64,000 nt of DNA, taken from positions 32,001 to 96,000 of the forward strand of contig JBMNFY010000016.1 in the NCBI GenBank assembly GCA_050949565.1, given 5' to 3'. The notes beneath the pieces are model-generated. The model did not search any database. It worked only from the letters and a program-made list of their open reading frames with translations, and had not been told where the DNA came from. The stretch comes from Kiritimatiellia bacterium. GTDB lineage: Bacteria; Verrucomicrobiota; Kiritimatiellia; RFP12; UBA1067. Shown here piece after piece: positions 30,999 through 40,705 of this stretch (within the stretch, counting starts at the first letter, position 1; each line of letters opens with the position of its first letter). A program made the translations under genes and the position numbers.

Positions 30999-32651
30999 GT
31001 GTACGGCTTCAAGGATCTTTGGACGCGGGCGAAGACGAGCCTTTGGCGTTGGCTAGACCGCCAGCCGCTGTTGACGGCTACGGCGTGTCTGCTGGCCGGG
31101 ATCGTGTGCGGTTACCGGATCGACGCGCCGTGGGTCGCCATGGCCGCTGCCGCGTTGTTGTGCGTGTGCGCAGCGATCTTTATGCGTACCCCGCTGTGGC
31201 GCATCTTTGTCGCGCTCTGTATCTTGCTGGTCGGTTGGACACTGGCGACGCGCGACAAGGCCGGCCGCGACGACGAGGCGCACCGCTTTCGCGCGCTCGC
31301 TCAACCACAGACTTACGTCTGCCGCGTGGGGCCGGAGGTGACCGTCCAGCCGTTGCGCGGGCATGCGGCCAAACACACCTTTCGTGCCGAAAAATTGCGC
31401 ACCGAGGACGGTACCTTCGCCTGCCGTCATCTGCCGGCGGAGGTCACTTGGTTCGGCGCGGCAGAAGAGGCGACCGGCACGACGCCGCAACCCGGCGAGA
31501 TCTGGCGTATACGCGGTTCGGGGCGCGTGCGTAAGAAACGCAACGGTTTGCAATATCTGGCTCTCAACAGCGGCGAGGATCGCGCCACCCGACTGGCGGA
31601 GATCAGTCCGTCGGCCTGGCGCGCGCGTGTTGCGAACGCCCGCCGTACTGCGTCCCGGCGCGTGGTGATCGGCATCGAGACGTGGGGCGACATCCCGGCG
31701 CTGAATCAGGCGATGTTGCTGGGCAACCGCCATGTGATGCCGCCTGCGTTGCGCCGCGTCTTTGTGGATTCTGGCACGATCCATGTCTACTCCATCTCCG
31801 GCCTGCATATCGTTCTGGTGGCCACCGTGCTGAGCCTCGCCGTTTCTGCCTGCGGCATCCCACGTACCTACTGGGTCTTGGTGAGCGGCCCGCTTCTGAT
31901 CTTCTATACGGCGCTTACCGGTGCGCGGCCGCCTGCGGTGCGCGCCTGTCTGATGGCGTTGCTCTATCTGGCCGCGCCGCTGATTGGTCGCCGTCCGAAC
32001 GCTCTGATGGCGTTAGCGGGTACCGCGCTGATCGTGCATGCCCTCCAGCCTTGGTTGATCTTTGACATTGGCTGCGTGCTTTCGTTCACCGTGATGGGTG
32101 GACTGGTGGCCTTCTGTCGGCCCTTCTGTCAGGCGGGGCAGCGATTGTTCCGTGTCGCGCGTCTGACCGAACGCGCGAATCTGTCGCGGGCCGCCGGTGC
32201 GAAGGTGCACGCGCGCCGCCTGAACATGCTGGCGCATGCGGTCACGTGGTTGTCGAATTCGTTAGCCGTGTCGCTGGCGGCTTGGGTGGCGTCGCTTCCT
32301 TTGACAGCTCACTACTTTGGACGTTTCACGCCGGGTGGCGTTTTTGCGAATCTGGCGGTAGGGCCGTGTTCGTTTTTCATTGTTGTTGCGGGTTGTCTCG
32401 GTGTAGCAACAAGCACGGTGAGCGAGTGGGTGGCTAGTTGCTTCAATAACGCCGCTGGTTTTTTCACTTGGTTGATGGTTAAGTCCGCCCAGATAACGGC
32501 GGCCTTCCCTGGGGCGAACCTACGCATCAAGCCTTGGCCGCTCTGGGCGGTTTGGCTCTGGTTCGGTGTGTTGCTGGTGCTGGCGGTCTGGCTGCGCACG
32601 CGCAAACACCGTCCGGACGGGCTGGCATGGTTGACGGACGACGATCAATGA
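30999..32651 (+). CDS. comEC: ComEC/Rec2 competence membrane protein (no C-terminal MBL domain)
   Basis: AMLLG, SGTIHVYSISGLHI, TGARPPAVRA, GCVLSF motifs. Confidence 0.85.
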   Translation: MYGFKDLWTRAKTSLWRWLDRQPLLTATACLLAGIVCGYRIDAPWVAMAAAALLCVCAAIFMRTPLWRIFVALCILLVGWTLATRDKAGRDDEAHRFRALAQPQTYVCRVGPEVTVQPLRGHAAKHTFRAEKLRTEDGTFACRHLPAEVTWFGAAEEATGTTPQPGEIWRIRGSGRVRKKRNGLQYLALNSGEDRATRLAEISPSAWRARVANARRTASRRVVIGIETWGDIPALNQAMLLGNRHVMPPALRRVFVDSGTIHVYSISGLHIVLVATVLSLAVSACGIPRTYWVLVSGPLLIFYTALTGARPPAVRACLMALLYLAAPLIGRRPNALMALAGTALIVHALQPWLIFDIGCVLSFTVMGGLVAFCRPFCQAGQRLFRVARLTERANLSRAAGAKVHARRLNMLAHAVTWLSNSLAVSLAAWVASLPLTAHYFGRFTPGGVFANLAVGPCSFFIVVAGCLGVATSTVSEWVASCFNNAAGFFTWLMVKSAQITAAFPGANLRIKPWPLWAVWLWFGVLLVLAVWLRTRKHRPDGLAWLTDDDQ

Positions 32652-32675
32652 CAAAGGGAAAGTCTTGCAAAAAGT

Positions 32676-32727
32676 GTGGCACGGGCATCTTGCCCGTGTT
32701 TCCTGGGCGGGACGCCCATGCCACGAG
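32676..32727. repeat. REP-like palindrome GTGGCACGGGCATCTTGCCCGTG...GGGCGGGACGCCCATGCCAC
   Basis: Near-identical reverse copy at about 36255-36306. Confidence 0.8.
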
Positions 32728-32758
32728 ATTTTTTGCAAGCACCTCAAAGGAGCATGAC

Positions 32759-34060
32759 ATGCAGCGAGAGATTCATATTGCGGGTATCGGCGGTGTCGGG
32801 ATGAGCGCGTTGGCGCAGGCACTGCTGGATCAAGGCGAAAAGGTCAGTGGCTCGGATCGTCTGCTGGACGCGGGGGACGAGACCGGGGTGCTGACCTGCC
32901 TCGCGGCGCAGGGCGTGCGGCTCTGTCGGCAGGACGGAACGGGCATCACGCCGCAAACCGAGCGGTTGGTGATCAGCAGCGCGATCGAGTCAGACAACCC
33001 AGAGGTGTTGCGCGCGCAGGCGCTGGGGATCCCGGTCGTACACCGCGCGGCCGAACTGGCGCGGTTGACCGAGGGGCGACGCCTGATCGCCGTGACCGGC
33101 ACCAGTGGCAAGAGCACGGTGACGGCGATGCTGGGCAGCCTGCTGGAGGGCGTGGGGTTCGATCCGCTGGTGGTCAACGGCGCGGCGGTGGCGGGCTGGA
33201 GTGCGGACGGTACGCGCATCGGATCGGTCCGGAAAGGTGCGGGCGAGTGGGCGGTGATCGAAGCCGACGAATCCGACCGCTCGCTGATGGTCTTCAACCC
33301 TGAGCATGCGATCATCACCAACGCTTCGGCGGATCATTTCGGGCTGGATGAAACACTGGCGCTCTTCGCCTCCTTCCGTGCGCGGGTGCCGGGTACGGTG
33401 ATCGATGGACGCGGCGCTGGCGGCGGACCAGCCGAGGCGCGCACAGAAGGGTGGGGCGGCTCTTTCCAGTTCGAGGGCGTCACGTATCAAGTACCGATGC
33501 CCGGCCTGCACAACGTCCACAATGCGTGGCATGCGGTGCGCATGGCGCGTGCGCTGGGGGCGGCACCCGAGCGGCTGGTCGCCGCGTTGGCGGCGTTCGG
33601 TGGTGTCGAACGCCGCTTGCAGCGTGTGGGCCGTTGCGGCGCGGCGACAGTGGTCGATGACTACGCGCACAATCCCGAAAAACTCGCGGCCGCCTGGACG
33701 ACCCTCGCGACGGCCTTCCCGTCCGGCGTGTGCGCTGTCTGGCGGCCGCACGGCTATGCGCCGCTACGTAAAATGCTGGAGGGACTGGCGCAGGCATTCG
33801 CCGCTGTCTGTCGACCGCAGGACACGTTGCTGCTGTTGCCGGTCTATGACGCGGGCGGCACCGCCGATCGCTCGATCAACAGTGACGTTTTGGCTTCCAT
33901 GCTCCGCGAAAAAGGTGTTAAAGTGCTGTCCGTTGGAGGCATTGACGATGCGGAAGCCATCATGCGTGCCCAGGCGGACACAGCAGGTGTGTTGGTGACC
34001 TTGGGTGCGCGTGATCCCGGCTTGCCCCGCTTGGCGCGGCGGCTGGCTGTATCGGGGTAG
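32759..34060 (+). CDS. murC: UDP-N-acetylmuramate--L-alanine ligase (MurC/Mpl family)
   Basis: GIGGVGMSALA, AVTGTSGKST, EADESD, DDYAHNP; AAGGAG RBS before ATG 32759. Confidence 0.8.
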   Translation: MQREIHIAGIGGVGMSALAQALLDQGEKVSGSDRLLDAGDETGVLTCLAAQGVRLCRQDGTGITPQTERLVISSAIESDNPEVLRAQALGIPVVHRAAELARLTEGRRLIAVTGTSGKSTVTAMLGSLLEGVGFDPLVVNGAAVAGWSADGTRIGSVRKGAGEWAVIEADESDRSLMVFNPEHAIITNASADHFGLDETLALFASFRARVPGTVIDGRGAGGGPAEARTEGWGGSFQFEGVTYQVPMPGLHNVHNAWHAVRMARALGAAPERLVAALAAFGGVERRLQRVGRCGAATVVDDYAHNPEKLAAAWTTLATAFPSGVCAVWRPHGYAPLRKMLEGLAQAFAAVCRPQDTLLLLPVYDAGGTADRSINSDVLASMLREKGVKVLSVGGIDDAEAIMRAQADTAGVLVTLGARDPGLPRLARRLAVSG

Positions 34061-34101
34061 GCGGATGTGTCGGCACAAGTACGAAGCCGGGAGGAATAGG
34101 C

Positions 34102-34683
34102 ATGAAAAAGACCTTACTGATGACGTGTGCAGTGGCCATGGTTGTCGCCTGTGTGCAGGCGCAGTCTTGGTTGAAGAAGGAGAAGGAGCCTGAAAAGACT
34201 AAGGGCTGGATCGACAATTTCGAGCAGGCCCAAAAGGAAGCAGAAGCTTTCAAGCAGCCGATCTTCGCCTTCTTCACCGGCAGCGATTGGTGCGGTTGGT
34301 GCGTGCGTCTCAAGAAAGAAGCGCTCGACACCAAGGAGTTCGAGAAGTTTGCCGCCGACAACCTGATCCTGTTCGAGGCGGACTTCCCGCGGGCGAAGAA
34401 AATATCCGACAAAGTCAAAAAGCAAAACGACGAACTGGCATCCAAGTACGGCGTGCGCGGTTATCCCACAGTGTTTCTGCTCGATGCCGAGGGCAAACAG
34501 CTTGGCCGGACCGGATACAAGGCCGGCGGCGCTGAAGCCTACGTCAAGCACCTCAAAGAAATGCTCGAAACGGCGGGTGTTAAGACTGTGGAGAAACCCG
34601 AAGCAGCCAAACCACTTTCGGCGTACGAGAAAATGAAGGCTGAGCGGGCTGCTAAAGCGGCGCAGGACGCCGAGAAAAAATAA
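34102..34683 (+). CDS. Secreted thioredoxin-family protein
   Basis: FTGSDWCGWC, YGVRGYPT; signal peptide. Confidence 0.9.
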   Translation: MKKTLLMTCAVAMVVACVQAQSWLKKEKEPEKTKGWIDNFEQAQKEAEAFKQPIFAFFTGSDWCGWCVRLKKEALDTKEFEKFAADNLILFEADFPRAKKISDKVKKQNDELASKYGVRGYPTVFLLDAEGKQLGRTGYKAGGAEAYVKHLKEMLETAGVKTVEKPEAAKPLSAYEKMKAERAAKAAQDAEKK

Positions 34684-34704
34684 GCGGGAAGCGTAGGCGT
34701 TTTT

Positions 34705-35733
34705 ATGGAGTTCTCATATCCGCCCGGCAGGACGTTGCTGGGCGAGACTCAGGCGGTACGGCAAGCGATTGAGCGGTTTCACGCCCAACCCGTAGATCAA
34801 GTGATGCTATGCGAAGGCGACGCTGGCTACTCGCCGCGCCGCACGACGCTTAGCGGCAAACGCTCGGTGACCGGTCCCGGCACCTTTACCGGTCGTGTCC
34901 GGCGCACGTTGACCTTTGGTCCCTCGACCAATGCCGGCTGGTGGATTGACCGCACTGATCTCGACGAGCAACTCATGACGTACGTCTCGATCCGCAACGT
35001 GTGGACCTCCGCGCGTAACATCGTGTTGCGTAGCGGCAACCCGCACAACTATCTGCGTATGGTCGAGCATATCATTGCCCTGCGCTTGGGTATGGGTGTG
35101 GACGATGTGGTGATCAGCACCAACTCCGGTGATCCGCCGCTCTTTGACCGCAGCAGTGTCGATCTGGTCGAGGCGGTCGAGCAGTGCGAGATCATTGAGC
35201 GCGATGAGCCCGCGCAGTATGTGACTGTCAAGGAGCCGGTCACCTTCGGCGGCAACCGCGGCGACTTCCTGACTTTCCTGCCGCCCGAGAACGGCGAGAA
35301 GAAGTTGCGTTTGGATGTGGCGATCGACTTCAGTTCGGTCATCGGCCAGCAACGTATCGTCTTTGACGTTACACCGGACAGTTTCCGCCACGGTGCGTTT
35401 GCGCGCACCAACGCTTCGCACCGTCAGATGCTGATGGTCCGTCTGTTCGGCTTCCTTTTTGCGGATACACGTAACCTCGGTTACACGACCGACAACATCC
35501 TGATCCACGGCAAGCACAAATATTACGGCGAGCCGCGTTTCGTGCAAGAGGACAGCGGCAAGGCACTAGAGCCGGTTTGGCACCGCGCCACGCTCGACCT
35601 GCTGGCTGCGATCGCGCTGATCGACATCGGGCGCTTTGTCGGACGCGTGGTCTCTTATCGCGCTGGGCACACGCTTGATGTGCGCGCCGTCGGCCTGCTC
35701 TACAAACACAATCTGCTCGAACCGCTGGAGTAG
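34705..35733 (+). CDS. lpxC: UDP-3-O-acyl-N-acetylglucosamine deacetylase-like
   Basis: G.G.FTG, MVEHIIAL..G.GVDD, PPLFD.S, FART, EPVWHR..LDL, AGH. Confidence 0.8.
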   Translation: MEFSYPPGRTLLGETQAVRQAIERFHAQPVDQVMLCEGDAGYSPRRTTLSGKRSVTGPGTFTGRVRRTLTFGPSTNAGWWIDRTDLDEQLMTYVSIRNVWTSARNIVLRSGNPHNYLRMVEHIIALRLGMGVDDVVISTNSGDPPLFDRSSVDLVEAVEQCEIIERDEPAQYVTVKEPVTFGGNRGDFLTFLPPENGEKKLRLDVAIDFSSVIGQQRIVFDVTPDSFRHGAFARTNASHRQMLMVRLFGFLFADTRNLGYTTDNILIHGKHKYYGEPRFVQEDSGKALEPVWHRATLDLLAAIALIDIGRFVGRVVSYRAGHTLDVRAVGLLYKHNLLEPLE

Positions 35734-35744
35734 GGCGGGAACCA

Positions 35745-36113
35745 TTGGCGATAGACTGGTACAATCTGGCGGATCAAGAGGTGGCGGCGGTGTATGCGGC
35801 GCTGCCATCCGATCTGCGTGCTTGCCTCGCCAGTCTGGCGGTCACGCTGGAGTCGCGTCCTACGTCTGACGAGCAGTTGGAAGAGGGCGATGACGAGGAT
35901 CTTCTCGGGCTCTTCGTCGGTGCCAGTTTCGCCGAGGTTGCGGATGAGGCCGAACCGCTGCCGAGCGCGATTCGCCTGTTTGTCGAAAACCTTCGCGACG
36001 AGGCCGAAGACGACCCCGCCCGTTTCCGCCAAGAAGTGCGCGACACCTTGCTGCACGAGTTGGGGCATTACCTGGGGCTTGACGAAGACGGCCTGACCGA
36101 GCGCGGTCTGTGA
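35745..36113 (+). CDS. Zinicin-like metallopeptidase (DUF1025)
   Basis: LLGLFVG, TLLHELGHYLGLDE. Confidence 0.88.
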   Translation: MAIDWYNLADQEVAAVYAALPSDLRACLASLAVTLESRPTSDEQLEEGDDEDLLGLFVGASFAEVADEAEPLPSAIRLFVENLRDEAEDDPARFRQEVRDTLLHELGHYLGLDEDGLTERGL

Positions 36114-36126
36114 CGCGCCTCTGCTC

Positions 36127-36529
36127 AAAAAAGCGGCGTCGCGCGGGATACCGCTTGGTCTCTCTTAGTCCCCCACACTTAGTCGGCTACATTTAGTCTC
36201 CACACCTAGTCGATTGCGCCAGTGTTTGGACTAGGTGAGGCTCTTTCAAAACCCCTCGTGGCATGGGCGTCCCGCCCATGAAACACGGGCAAGATGCCCG
36301 TGCCACACCTCTGCGCCTCCGGGTTAAAAGACCCGAACCTCCAAAACCCTTTGCGTTCTATGTGTTCTTTGCGGCTATTACCGTAGTCATGCCATCCCAA
36401 AAAAAATCTGCGGCATCTGCGAAATCTGCGGATCAAAAAAACCGAGCCTTGCCAGAAACCAAAGAGCGGTGAAAGTTCAACTGCTCTTTTTAGGCTAAGT
36501 GTTTTCGACTAAGTGTATGGGACTAAGCG
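36127..36529. repeat. Nested intergenic repeat cluster (family-A REP fragment, 14-bp-periodic TAGTC/GACTA array, REP, 9-bp modules, MITE right end)
   Basis: TAGTC at 36166/36180/36194/36207; G(A/G)CTA at 36229/36493/36507/36521; 36452-36493 matches 39609-39650 at 39/42. Confidence 0.75.
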
Positions 36530-36576
36530 TAGACGACGAAGTGTCGCGCCATCGCACTTCGTGCGCTGTCGCTGCG

Positions 36577-38811
36577 CTAGATCAGCTCGCACGCGCCGCC
36601 GGCGCAGGCGACGGTCTGCGTGACGGTTGTGTTGTCTTGGCGCTCGATGAGCTGGGTGTAATCCACCGGCGTGTCGGTGCGGTTGAGGTCTTCCCACAGC
36701 TTGCAGGCATCAACGCGCTTGAGGCAACGCGTCATCTTCAACGTGTCGCCGCCGAAGTAGTTTTGGGCGAATTTGCGGGCGCGCCGCAACCAGTCCAGCT
36801 TCGCTTCGCGCACGCCTTCAATCGCCTCGTAAACGCGCTTGGGATAGATTTTGGCGGTCGGCTTTTCAAGGTTCTCGCCGCGACCGAGCACGCAATCGCA
36901 AGCAGCCCAGAGGTTGTCGTCGAAAGCTTGCAAGCCATCCACGATCAGGCCCGAGGCGAAGAGCGCACCCACGCCGTAGATCGCCACGATCTCGTCGTCG
37001 CTCAGCACTTCGCAGAAGGGGGCCTGCGGGTAGTCGAGGTCGCCGCCCTCCGGCAGTAGCGATACGCCAGCGAAGGCGTGACGGTTCTCGAAAATAAAGT
37101 CCTCGACCGACGCCCATTCGCTGTCCTTGACCGAGATGGTGTTTGAGACGTTGTGACTGAGCCAGGGCTGTGCGCAGAGCTCGGGACGCTTACCGGCGTC
37201 GATCCAGTTCTCTTTGGTGAGCTTGACTTTGCGCAGCAGTTCAACGGCATCGACATCGCGCTTGGTCAATGCATTGGGACTGGCCTGTATGCAGAAGGTG
37301 AGCACAACATCAGTGCCGTTGGGATTCCAGACCGACTTTTCGACAGCCTTGGGGTTCTGCGCACGGAAGAAATCGACGAGCAACTCGTCTTCATTCGCCT
37401 GTGCGCGGCGGAAGTAGCGCTTGGCGTGGTGGGGGTGGATGCCCGACGACGTGCCGAGGATGCTGCTCGTGGTGCCGGCCGGCTTGACGCAGGTGGTGCG
37501 GGCCGCCGGATTGATACCGATGCGCTTGGCCACCTGAGCGTTGACCTCAAGGATGAGCGCAGCCATCTCGCGTTGCAAGTCGGCATCGAACGCTACGTCA
37601 GGGTTCTCCATCATGCCGGTCATTGAGATGCCCAGCAACGCCTCGCGCTTGGCAATGCGTGTGCTGACCTCGCCGAGGTAGCCGAAGTCAGTGTAGTCGG
37701 CCTGCAGGGTGCCGAGGATCGCTGCCGCCCGGCAGGCGGCTTCAAACTTCTCCTTGTTGTCCACGATCCCCATGTTGATCTCGCAGAGGTTGCAGAAGGC
37801 GAAGCCCGACACGCCGTCGATCTGCGGATAGAGGCCGATCTCAGCGCACGGATTAAAGGTCATGTCCAGATGGTCGGTCCAGACAAAGCCCGGCTCGCCG
37901 AACTCTTTGACCGATTTCATGAGTTTGGCGAACTGCTCGCGCGGGGTCTTGTCGCGCAGCAGCATGGCGGAGTTGTTGGAGCGTGCGCGCTGCGGATTCT
38001 CGGTAAACCAGTTGCCGGTCTTGGCGGTTGCCATCTCATCGTCTTCCGGCGAGAAGAGACAGATCGTGGCGCTGCGGCGCACACCTCCCGAGAGCACGGC
38101 GTCGGAAGCGTGCATCAAGATGTCGTAAGCATCTATCGCCCGCAGGCGCGTGTGGCCTTCGGCCAGACGCTTATCAAGCAACTCGCGGATCTTTTCCAGA
38201 CTGCGGCGCAGCGGCTCAGGCCCCGGTGCGCGGCCCATGCCGGATGAGATCGGGCGTCCTTTAGGGCGGATCTGCGTGTAGTCGAACTGCACGGTCGTAC
38301 CTGCATACTCCGGGAAAGGCTGGCGCGTGGAGAAGTAGCTGGAGAGCAACACGCCCAAAGCGTCAGCCCACCCCTCGATCGTGTCCGGTATCACGTAGGT
38401 GGCATTCGCGGCGCCGGGCTTGGCGATGCCCGGGAGTTTGGTGATGTGATGCGTCTGCACCGAGAAACCCACACCGCAGCCGCATAACAACAGCCACAGT
38501 GCCTCTTGGAAAAACCGCGGGCGGTCGCAGTACGAGGTGGTGCAGTTGTAGATGCGCGCGTGCTTGCGCAGGATCGGCTCGCCGCCGAACTGCATCGCCC
38601 GCTGGCTGCCTAACACCATCTTCTGCTTCATCGCCTGCTCGCAGACTTGCAGCAGATCTTCGACATCGATCCCCTTCGACGCAAAGTGTCGGCGGTGCAT
38701 GTCGATCACACGCTCGACCGCCTCGGGGAAGGTCTCGCGCCGCATCTTTTCAGGGATGTACCGGCTATATTTCGAGGTGAATACATAGTCCTTCAACGCT
38801 TCAATACTCAT
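36577..38811 (-). CDS. nrdJ: Class II (adenosylcobalamin-dependent) ribonucleotide reductase, monomeric RTPR type
   Basis: YNC, GCGVGFS, GGVRRSA, NPCAEI, CNLCEIN, TCVKPAGT and C-terminal CAGGAC; no nrdB adjacent; NrdR boxes upstream. Confidence 0.88.
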   Translation of the reverse strand: MSIEALKDYVFTSKYSRYIPEKMRRETFPEAVERVIDMHRRHFASKGIDVEDLLQVCEQAMKQKMVLGSQRAMQFGGEPILRKHARIYNCTTSYCDRPRFFQEALWLLLCGCGVGFSVQTHHITKLPGIAKPGAANATYVIPDTIEGWADALGVLLSSYFSTRQPFPEYAGTTVQFDYTQIRPKGRPISSGMGRAPGPEPLRRSLEKIRELLDKRLAEGHTRLRAIDAYDILMHASDAVLSGGVRRSATICLFSPEDDEMATAKTGNWFTENPQRARSNNSAMLLRDKTPREQFAKLMKSVKEFGEPGFVWTDHLDMTFNPCAEIGLYPQIDGVSGFAFCNLCEINMGIVDNKEKFEAACRAAAILGTLQADYTDFGYLGEVSTRIAKREALLGISMTGMMENPDVAFDADLQREMAALILEVNAQVAKRIGINPAARTTCVKPAGTTSSILGTSSGIHPHHAKRYFRRAQANEDELLVDFFRAQNPKAVEKSVWNPNGTDVVLTFCIQASPNALTKRDVDAVELLRKVKLTKENWIDAGKRPELCAQPWLSHNVSNTISVKDSEWASVEDFIFENRHAFAGVSLLPEGGDLDYPQAPFCEVLSDDEIVAIYGVGALFASGLIVDGLQAFDDNLWAACDCVLGRGENLEKPTAKIYPKRVYEAIEGVREAKLDWLRRARKFAQNYFGGDTLKMTRCLKRVDACKLWEDLNRTDTPVDYTQLIERQDNTTVTQTVACAGGACELI

Positions 38812-38977
38812 GGTGCTTCCTCTGCGTGCGGGAATGGGAAAGTGTGTGACACGACGGTCTGCGGAGGGGCACGCATCTCCCCCGTGAAAAACCCTTAGCC
38901 GACCAACATTCGCACACTTCCGCCATCCGGAACACCCCAAGCTTGGCATCGGCGAAAATTGGGAGCCTTGTGAAACG

Positions 38978-39025
38978 TGTCTATGTATAGTAGTTCGCGC
39001 ATGGGATGTCCACTACATTTTGTGT
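38978..39025. promoter_or_regulatory. Tandem NrdR boxes
   Basis: TGTCTATGTATAGTAG (38978-38993) and CCACTACATTTTGTGT (39010-39025) fit acaCwAtATaTwGtgt, 32 bp apart, upstream of nrdJ. Confidence 0.8.
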
Positions 39026-39159
39026 TTTTTCGTAACCTGTTGCCTATCAACGAAATCCGTGAGCCATTTTTCGGCGTAATCGGTTAGTGACAGGGAGCAT
39101 GCGAGTTTAGTGCGTGGTTTGCGCCCATTTCGGTACTCGCAAGTCGGGCGAAAAGATAT

Positions 39160-39274
39160 GGAGTGCGGCGGCAAGCGGTATTCCGCGCGACGCCGCTTTT
39201 TAAGTACGAGTGTGAAGACAGGGTGGCGCGCAAAAGCGGTGCCGCGACCCGCGCACAGCACGGTTCTTGTCACC
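39160..39274. repeat. Family-A REP-like doublet
   Basis: Closely matches 10054-10171. Confidence 0.85.
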
Positions 39275-39321
39275 AAAATTTTCCGCCGCGCCAAGCGCGG
39301 ACGGCGGGCTAACCGATTACC

Positions 39322-39650
39322 CTAAAAAGAGCAGTTGAGCATGCAGATTTTGAGCAAAGCCCCGTAAACATTGGCTTCCGTTGAGATCCGCGCCGCACCT
39401 ATTTGGTGCAGAACGCCATTTCTGATTGGAACCACGGAACACACTAAACACACGGAAACAGAGCCATGCCTTTCCGTGTGTTCGGTGTGTTCCGTGGTTA
39501 AACAATCGATCCCGATAGCGATCCCGATCCCGATTTGGATGAAACCATGAAATCATGAAACCATGAAACCATGAAACCATGAAACCTTGAAACCTTGAAA
39601 CCTTGAAACCAGAAACCAAAGAGAGTTGAAGGTTCAACTGCTCTTTTTAG
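39322..39650. mobile_element. MITE-like non-autonomous element, 329 bp
   Basis: Perfect 17-bp TIRs CTAAAAAGAGCAGTTGA; GATTACC direct repeats at 39315-39321 and 39651-39657; no transposase. Confidence 0.85.
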
Positions 39651-39700
39651 GATTACCTTTTCGGCTTCCCTCGCGGTGGGTGACGGCGTAACATGTCCGC

Positions 39701-40699
39701 ATGACGCAAAACTTCAAGTCTGGCAGACTCCGCGGACGGCTCGCGCCCAGCCCCACTGGCGCGTTGCACCTCGGCAATGCCCGTACCTTCATGATCGCGT
39801 GGCTGAGTGTACGTAGCCGTAGCGGCACGCTGTTGCTGCGCATGGAGGACCTTGATCATCCCAAGAACAAGCCCGGCGCGGCCGACGCGGCGCTTGCGGA
39901 CCTGCGCTGGCTCGGTCTGGACTGGGACGAGGGGCCCGACATCGGCGGTCCGTACGCGCCCTACACGCAGACGCAACGGCGGATCCACTACGTTCGCGCC
40001 TTGGAGACGTTGCGTGCGCGCGGTCTTGCCTATCCCTGCGTCTGCTCGCGGCGTGATGTCGAGTGCGGCCAGTCCGCGCCTCACACCGAAGACGGCCTCT
40101 TCTACGCCGGTCTCTGCCGCGACCGCTTTGCGGACTACGAGGCCGCGCGGCGCGTCCTGCCCCCCGACCGCCTGCCCGCTTGGCGCTTCCGCGTGCCGCA
40201 GGGCGAGATCGTGCGTTTCGAGGATGGCTTCTGTGGCCTCTGCGAGCAGGAGGTCAGTGCAGTCAGTGGAGACTTCGTGCTCGCGCGCGACCCGGACGGC
40301 GCGGGCTATATGCTTGCCGTGGTCGTGGATGATGCCGCGATGGGTGTCACCGAGGTTGTGCGCGGCGATGACCTGCTGCCGGCCACCCCGCGTCAGTTGC
40401 TGCTCTATCGCGCGTTGGATCTCACGCCGCCCGTTTTCATCCATGTGCCGCTGGTGGTGAGCGAGGAGGGGCGGCGTCTCGCCAAACGTCACGGCGATAC
40501 CCGCATCAGCGCCCTGCGCGCGGCGGGCATCACCTCGGAACAGGTCATCGGTCTGCTTGCGTGGTGGTGCGGCTGGGCCGCATGGGGCGAAAGGCTTACG
40601 TTGCGCGACCTGCTGCCGCGTTTTGACCTTGCTACGCTGCGGCGCGAACCCGCCATGCTTACGCCGCAGGTCAAGGCGGCCATGAAGATTCAAGCCTAA
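39701..40699 (+). CDS. gluQ: Glutamyl-Q tRNA(Asp) synthetase
   Basis: RLAPSPTGALHLGN, LRMEDLD, YPCVCSR, VVRGDDL, RLAKRHG; no anticodon-binding domain. Confidence 0.9.
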   Translation: MTQNFKSGRLRGRLAPSPTGALHLGNARTFMIAWLSVRSRSGTLLLRMEDLDHPKNKPGAADAALADLRWLGLDWDEGPDIGGPYAPYTQTQRRIHYVRALETLRARGLAYPCVCSRRDVECGQSAPHTEDGLFYAGLCRDRFADYEAARRVLPPDRLPAWRFRVPQGEIVRFEDGFCGLCEQEVSAVSGDFVLARDPDGAGYMLAVVVDDAAMGVTEVVRGDDLLPATPRQLLLYRALDLTPPVFIHVPLVVSEEGRRLAKRHGDTRISALRAAGITSEQVIGLLAWWCGWAAWGERLTLRDLLPRFDLATLRREPAMLTPQVKAAMKIQA

Positions 40700-40705
40700 A
40701 AGACT

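Noticed and set aside
38812-39120. Cobalamin riboswitch upstream of nrdJ
   Set aside because: No recognisable B12-box; the NrdR boxes explain the conserved signal.
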